64,000 bases of DNA from Raillietiella orientalis (taxonomy: Eukaryota): positions 186,001 to 250,000 of the forward strand of contig JAYWIR010000032.1 in NCBI GenBank assembly GCA_036172245.1, given 5' to 3'. This document shows, piece after piece, positions 57,713 through 64,000 of the stretch (positions are counted from its first letter, which is position 1; each line of letters starts with the position of its first letter). The notes under the pieces were generated by a model. That model did not search any database. It worked only from the letters and a program-made list of their open reading frames with translations, and had not been told where the DNA came from. The position numbers were made by a program, and so were the translations under genes.

Positions 57713-60435
57713 GGATCTGTTCGTAATTCCGATGATACTTTTCAGGATCAGCCATTCATGAATCGGTTCGAAACACGTCAAGACGTGAAGACTCGTGTCG
57801 ATGTCTCCACATGCCGTGCAGTCTCGATCTTCCCTTCTTCCGGTGTAGTGCTGCAATCGGGACCCACTCTGGATTCCTCCATGAGAATATATCAGGAGGT
57901 CATCCTCGGTGCCCGGCGGAAGGTCACTTTTCCAGAGCGTCGGGCCAATCGCTAACAGGTTGATCCGGTCACTCTAGTAGCGATCGGCGGCTTCCTGGAG
58001 GGCACTCATATAACGGACTTCTTGAATTCGTCTGCGGAGGTTTGTTTTGTGTACCCTGGACCACAAAAAGTCGTTGTGGTTGAACCACACTTTGCGAGTC
58101 ATGTGGGTAAACCTTCCTAACATGATCTCTATATACCGAAGTATACGACTGTTATGTAGATTGCCTCCTCGCCTCCACTTCTGGATTTATAGTAGGGTAA
58201 ATCTGGACCGCTGTTAGATCCAGCTTCTCGTGTCCGGCGGGACAGGAAGCATCCAAGGGATCACCAGGATGGACTCCTCCTGCCAGAGTTCTCTGCTTCG
58301 CGGCACGATCTTGATTTTGTGCTTTCGCACCAGCCGTTGCTTCTTTCTACAGGTTGGGTCGATTTTTAACCATTGCCCTTCTCGCCTTAGCAGCGCAGTC
58401 ATCAGGCCTTTTGAGTTGTTCAACAACAACGCGTAGGCCCTGTGCGCCGCATACGGCCAGTCATCCCAGTGAGTGGACATGTCCAGGAATTGTCGCGTAT
58501 TCATGATTTTCATGGAGTGTTCAAGCGACTTCATCCCGGAACCGCCTTATTCCTTGGGACGACACAGGGGTTTGAGACGTACTCTTGAGCGGTAGTGGCC
58601 CCAAAGTGTTTTTGTCTGCAGCTCGTCGAACTCCCTCGTGGTGTCCTTTTTCATCCTCGCGAAGGCATTCCCGGAGAGCACTTTTGGAAAGAGTACTCCG
58701 TTCCATATATGGGCCTTTCGCTTCATCCCAAGGTCCGTTCGAGTGAACTTGGCTTCTTCAATGGCCGTTTTCCCTAGGATCTCGGTCCACAAGAGTTTCG
58801 ACGCATAGTCGTCGCCAATGTAGACTCCTAGGCACTTGGCCTTGTCCACCGCTCGGAATCCTCTCCTTTCTAGAGCGGAGAGATCCAGGATCCCAACCGG
58901 TAAGAGCTGGCTCTTTTGGGCGTTTATCCTCAGGCTCATTCCTTCTTCCATTGTCTCCACCACATACAGGAACGCTCGCTTATTTCTTTTACCCTTTATA
59001 AAAAAGAGATCATCTGCCTACGCCAGAAGGGTAAGTCGCTGACTGTCTATTGTTATTCCTTTCAGATGACCACTCTTCTCGATAACCGACGATAGTAACT
59101 CCATATAGATGATGAACAGCATCGGACTTAGCGAGTCGCCCTGCCGGACTCCCCGTTAAATCCTAATTGCTGTCGCCTCCTGGCCGTTGATTTTAATACG
59201 GCAATATTGCTTCTGAAGTACCATCTTCACGAAGTTGCTGAAGTATTCTGGAAGACCCAGCTTGTCCAGAATTTTCAGCAGCATCCTATGGTCTATAGAG
59301 TCGAAATTCTTCTCCATGTCAGTGAACACCAGGACCAGGTTCTCACCGACATATCGGCTGAGCCCCACAATGGCCTGAGCGCACTTGACATTGTCCGACA
59401 TGTGGCGACATGGGACCGCACATGTTTGGACCGGGGAGATCAGCTTCGCCATGACTCTGCCTAAACGGTTGGACCAGATCTTCGCCAACCATTTGGCAAC
59501 GGAGTTTAGGACGGAAATTGGCTTCTATTGAGAAACCTGTGGTAGGTCAACTCCTTTCGGCAACAATCTCATCCGGCTCCCGTAGAAGGACTCAGGTAAT
59601 TTGATTTCTTCATGGATGCAGAGGGTGTGCTGTTGGAACAAGCGTAGATAGGCGTGCAGGTACCGCTGGTAGTGTGTAACGGGTACACTGTCAGGGCCTG
59701 CCGCCACATCCTTGCGTAGTTCGTGGAATGCAGCTTTCACCTCGTCTTCGGAAAACTCCTCCTGCAGTCTGTTTCTTTGGAGATCGTCTATCCTCTTCTC
59801 GAGTCCTAGAAGATTTTGCTGTAACGATGTACACAGTTGTTGCTGCCTAAAATGGCTCTTGTAATGTCGATGGAAAGCATCGAGAATATCCACCGAAAGA
59901 TGTCTTTTTTGTCCGCCGTATTGGATGCAGAAGATGTCTATCGCTGGAATCTACTTCTCCAGCACGCCGGCTTCCCCGTTTACATTTTGGAAGACGTACT
60001 GACTCTCGTACTGGTCGTAGTACTTTGAGAGAAACCGGTCCTGAATGTTAAGCTCCCGGTACGCTTGTTGCCTTAATCGCTTACTCAGATACTGCTTATT
60101 GCAGAATAAATGGATCTTATGCTTGAGCCTGTCTCAGTCAGACACTGTTCGAATGGTGGTGTCACTAAGAATCGCCTCGATGACTTCCTGTTGACAGAGA
60201 AGCGTTACAAACCAGGCGGGCATGCAGATGAGAGCAGCCCTGGTGACCTTATTATGCCAAGGATTTGCTGTTCGGAGAGAGAACCGTACTAGCGGGTGAT
60301 CAAACAGCAGAGTTTGCACATCACGAAACCCCTGTATGCGGTTGTCGATCTCCGCGCTGTGGAGGTCGTGGTCGATCGTTTTGTGGCTAGCTGTTGGCCA
60401 TAAAAGTCCGAAATCATCGGACAACCTACTTCTGC
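57713..60435 (-). mobile_element. Element Y1: family-2 LINE ORF2 (EN C-terminus to Zn finger), both ends missing
   Basis: TIDH, AAGPD, DMEKNFD, RQGDSLSPMLF, *ADD, KCLG, CTACGDIDTSLHVLTC. Confidence 0.88.
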
Positions 60436-63400
60436 CAGGGTCCTACGTCCAGGGACTGCACACGTTTGAAACGCAGAGATGAGCTTCGACATGACCCTGC
60501 CTAAGCGTTTGGACCAGATCTTCCCCAACCACTTGGCATCGGAGTTCAGGATTGAGATTGGCCTCCATTGAGCGATCAGAGTTGGGTCCCCTCCTTTGGG
60601 CAACAATCTCATCCTACTCTCGCAGAAGGAATCAGGTAGTCTGCCTTCTTCATGGATGCAGAGGATCAAATGGTGGAACAGGCGCACGTAGGCATGCAGG
60701 TACCGCTGATAGTGCATGATAGGTACACTGTCAAGGCCCGCCGCCACATCCTTGCGCAGTTCTCCAAAAGAAGTCTTCACCTCGTCTTCGGAGCATTCCT
60801 TCTCCAGTCTGTTACGCTGGAGGTCGTCGGTCCTCTTCTCGAGATAGCTCAGAAAGGCTTGTTGACTAGGGCGACAGAGATGTTGTCGCCTGAAGTGTTT
60901 CGTGTAATGCCTGTGAAAGGCTTCCACGATATCCTCGGACGACTGTCGCACTTGACCGTCGTACTGGATACAGAAGATATCTGTTGCCAGATTTCTCTTC
61001 TCCAGCACGCCGACTTCCCCTTTTATGTTGTTGAAGACGTACTGACTCTCGTACCGATCAAAGTACTTTAAGAGTGAGCGGTATTGGATGTTCAGCTCTC
61101 GGTACGCCTCCTGCCTCAAGCGCCTATCCCCGAATTGCATATTTGAAAACAGGTGTATCCTGTGTTTCAAGCTGTTTCAGTAGGCGACTCTTTTGATTTT
61201 TGTGGTTCTCAGAATCGTCTCGAGGACCTCCTGATGTCCACGATGTGTCTCGAACCAGGAGGGCATGCTGATGAGGGCCGCTTTGGTGCCTTGCCTCCGC
61301 CGAGGATTCTCCGTTCTTAGGTGAAACCGCACCAAAGGTTGATCGGACAGAGTGCTCAATGTGTCTCGAAAACCCTGAATGCGATTCCCTAGTTCGGTGC
61401 TGTGGAGGACGTGATCGATCGGACTGTGACTTGCTGTTCGCCACACCATTCCGATCTCTTCGGATACCCGCCGATACGATGTCCTTCCTCTGGCGTCTTG
61501 GGAATGAATGACCTCATCCAATATGTTGAGATAGCCAGCAACAACCACGACGTCATTGGGGGCAACGTTTTTACAGAGTGCTGCATGCAGCGCCTTCGCA
61601 CAACGATGTTTCAGCCTGTGCGGCCCGTACACGTTCACCAGGATGAGGTGAACAGTAGCGGTCCAGGCCAGTCGCACGCCGATGATTCGTCCGGCTTGGG
61701 GACAGAACACTTTCAGAATAGTGGAAGCCAAGTGGTTCTTGATAAGAACCGCCACACCCTGCGTGTTCCGTTCTCTTTCGCTGACGAACATCTGCCCGTT
61801 GAATCGCCGTTCCATTTGCTGACAAATCTCAAAACCCACCTTGTGGTTCTCCTGCAGGCACACTAAGTCTTGTTGTACGATGGTCCGCAAAATCCTTTTT
61901 CTTTTTCCCTAATCGACCACACCGTTTACAATCCAGGAGGCAATGTTCAGCCTCCTGACGGTCGATAGGGAAGAGGCCTTAAAAGAAGAAGACCTATTTC
62001 TTGGCCTTCCTGAGAGGGCCTATCTGAGAGGGCGTGCTCTTCCAAACAATGAAGAAGCAGCGGGCTTCTCGTTTCAGGCTTTACTCTCTGTTCCGGTGAG
62101 GTCGGTTACTTCCGCCTCCTCCGTCGAGTGTTCGGCCTGCGCGATTAGTTTTCGAGATAGCGTCTCTATGTCGACCTTGGCGCAGAAGTTCGCCTTTACG
62201 TCGAGAAGCTGTTTGTCTAGCTTCTCGCATTCGGTGACCTCCACAACCTGGTTGACCTTCTACTGTGCATTGCAGAACTCCTGCAAGATTTCCTCTTGCT
62301 AGGGAATGCTCTGCACCTCTATGACTTCATTAGCCAGTGATGTCAGCTCCTCCGTAGATTGCAGGGCCTTTTGCATCACCGGAGTGGCTTCGGCTATTTC
62401 TTCTTCCGCGCCTTCCTGCGCTACCTCCATCTTCTAGCCTTGTTGCTCTTCACCTTCAAGGAGAAGAGGGGTTTCTTGCTTCTTGACGAGCATCCTTTTC
62501 TTTCCTTTCTTCCCTACCTGTATAAAGCCGTCTTCCGATACAGGGACGGCTTCTTTCTCCTTCTTTGGGCTTCCTGCCTCCTGAGGCTGTTTCGCCTCCT
62601 TGGTGTTTCTCTCTCTCAAGGGAGAAAGACCTCGAATCCTTCTGCAGTTTGCAAACTCCGGACAGCTCCATTTGGCATGTCCGTGTTTCTTGCAGAAGGA
62701 GTACACCTCCGGCTTCGGGCAGTTCCGGACTAGATGTCCTACTTTGCCGCAGGAGAAACAACGGCATGTTGGGCAAGTGCCGGCCCTGTGGCCGAACTGC
62801 TTGCACCTTTGCAGAATACCGGTTGATGTTGGTAGCGCACGTTCACTCCCTGGGATTGTTCGTCAATGAACGTCAACCTAGGTATAACAGCTCCCTCCTC
62901 CATCTTCATCATGGCGATCATGTCGCCAGAAAATATATTTCCAGAGAATTTCTGGAATTGAAGGTCCAGAACTTCCCCATACTGCTCCAAAAAGTTCCAC
63001 ACCGTTAGTTGCGGTGTGAGGATGGAGATGCCGTTCAGAAAGACGGTTGTGTATGGCATTTAGCCAATACCAAAAACCATCCTCCCTTGTATATTGATCC
63101 CTTTCTGGATCAATCGCTCTCTAAGATTTTTACAGTCTGTGAAGACTGTGAACCCGTTGTTTGCCGGTATGATCGCCTGTATGCGATCAAAATTGATATC
63201 CGTTTTATCGAGGGACAGATACACCTCCCTGATATTATTAAATTTGATCAGCCCAGTCTTGAAACTGATTTGCTTCACATTCGGTCCTAAATCTACGATT
63301 GGCCGATCCACCTTTTGGACTTTGCCGCATAGCGGCTTACCGAATTTTCTTGGTGGGTGGACACTCTCTTGTCCAGCCGCCACCGACGCATAGGAAAAGG

Positions 63401-63900
63401 GCTGCGCCGCCGCAGCCGAACAAGATGGCGTCTCGCCCTGCACCGCGTGGACGCCCGCGGGTCCTGCCTGGGACGCCGCCGCCGCGAGCGCAACCCTCGA
63501 TGTCGCCAACGTTGCCACCGCGGGCGGCACCCTCGGCATCGCCGCGGTAGGCGCGACCTTCTTTGCTGCGGGCACGATCCTCGGCGTCGCCGCCGCGGGC
63601 ACGACCTGCGCCGTCGTCTCCGCGGGTACGACCCTTGGCATCGCCGCCGCCGGCGCAGCAAAGCCCGCCACGGGCGCCATCCTCGGCATGCCTGCCACCG
63701 CCTCGCGGTTGCCGCACGTTATCTCCATGGCTTCCATGGGGGACGACGGTCTCTCCACTTCTCCTTCAGGTGCCAGCATCCTGGCAGCTGGTCTTGCTGC
63801 ACGGGACGACTGCAGGTCTTCCGCCGTGATAACCTCAGCGCTTCTTTTGTTGTTTTGTCTGGAAAGTTTTCTTCTCCGGACACACACGAGCACAATGAAC
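60436..63900 (-). mobile_element. Element Y2: family-2 LINE 5' part (ORF1 with three knuckles, EN, RT N-terminus)
   Basis: CK.CKQFGHRAGTC, CFSCGKVGHLVRNC, YSFCKKHGHAKWSC; LNIASWIVNG, LQE, NVYGP, IDH; WRPIS...AVPGR. The 5' end was not located. Confidence 0.88.
63480..63710 (-). repeat. Imperfect GC-rich coding repeats in Y2 ORF1 N-terminus
   Basis: AGMPRMAP, AAMPRVVP, AATPRIVP, AAMPRVPP. Confidence 0.7.
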
Positions 63901-64000
63901 TGATTAATCGTCGCCGACTCGGCAGGAGAGGAGCAATCTGCCTACTGCCGCGGAGGTTGCGCTTTCGCCGCCATTTAAGATTGCAACGAAAGCTGCGCTC

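Noticed and set aside
57700..57725. X/Y1 junction as another antisense insertion
   Set aside because: Y1 lacks its 3' terminus, so the joint looks like a later deletion. It was not counted in the orientation tally.
1..64000. Bacterial RT systems (retron, group II intron, DGR, CRISPR-RT) or LTR retrotransposons
   Set aside because: The RT is fused to an APE endonuclease and preceded by a CCHC ORF1. I saw no integrase, protease, LTRs, CRISPR repeats or operon context.

Overview
This is eukaryotic repeat DNA. I can support no host gene, RNA gene, CRISPR array or prokaryotic operon. About three quarters of the window (1-28.7 kb and 40.2-64 kb) is a mosaic of about 25 whole or partial non-LTR retrotransposons of L1/Tx1 type. 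Each has a gag-like ORF1 with CCHC zinc knuckles and an ORF2 with APE endonuclease (EN), reverse transcriptase (RT, YADD motif) and a C-terminal CxxC...HxxxxC finger. Two distant families are present: family 1 (most copies, many subfamilies) and family 2 (copies L, Y1, Y2). A heavily decayed core lies at about 28.7-40.2 kb. I labelled the copies with letters. The main signal is architectural. The copies form two Russian-doll nests that open in opposite directions, and almost every element is inserted antisense into the previous one. The same homologous host positions recur as targets, notably the RT 'DL(H)KAFD' codons. Two copies sit in tandem at one site with a triplicated 12-bp target duplication (TSD). 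The elements have no poly(A) tail and end in AATAAA + CCCGG-N4/5-CCGGG hairpin + 2-6 A. The endonuclease appears to lack the minor-groove recognition loop of canonical L1 EN. Together this suggests a self-targeting, antisense-nesting LINE system, possibly centromeric. That interpretation is inference. Boundaries were read by eye and may be off by a few bases, or by tens to hundreds of bases in the decayed core.
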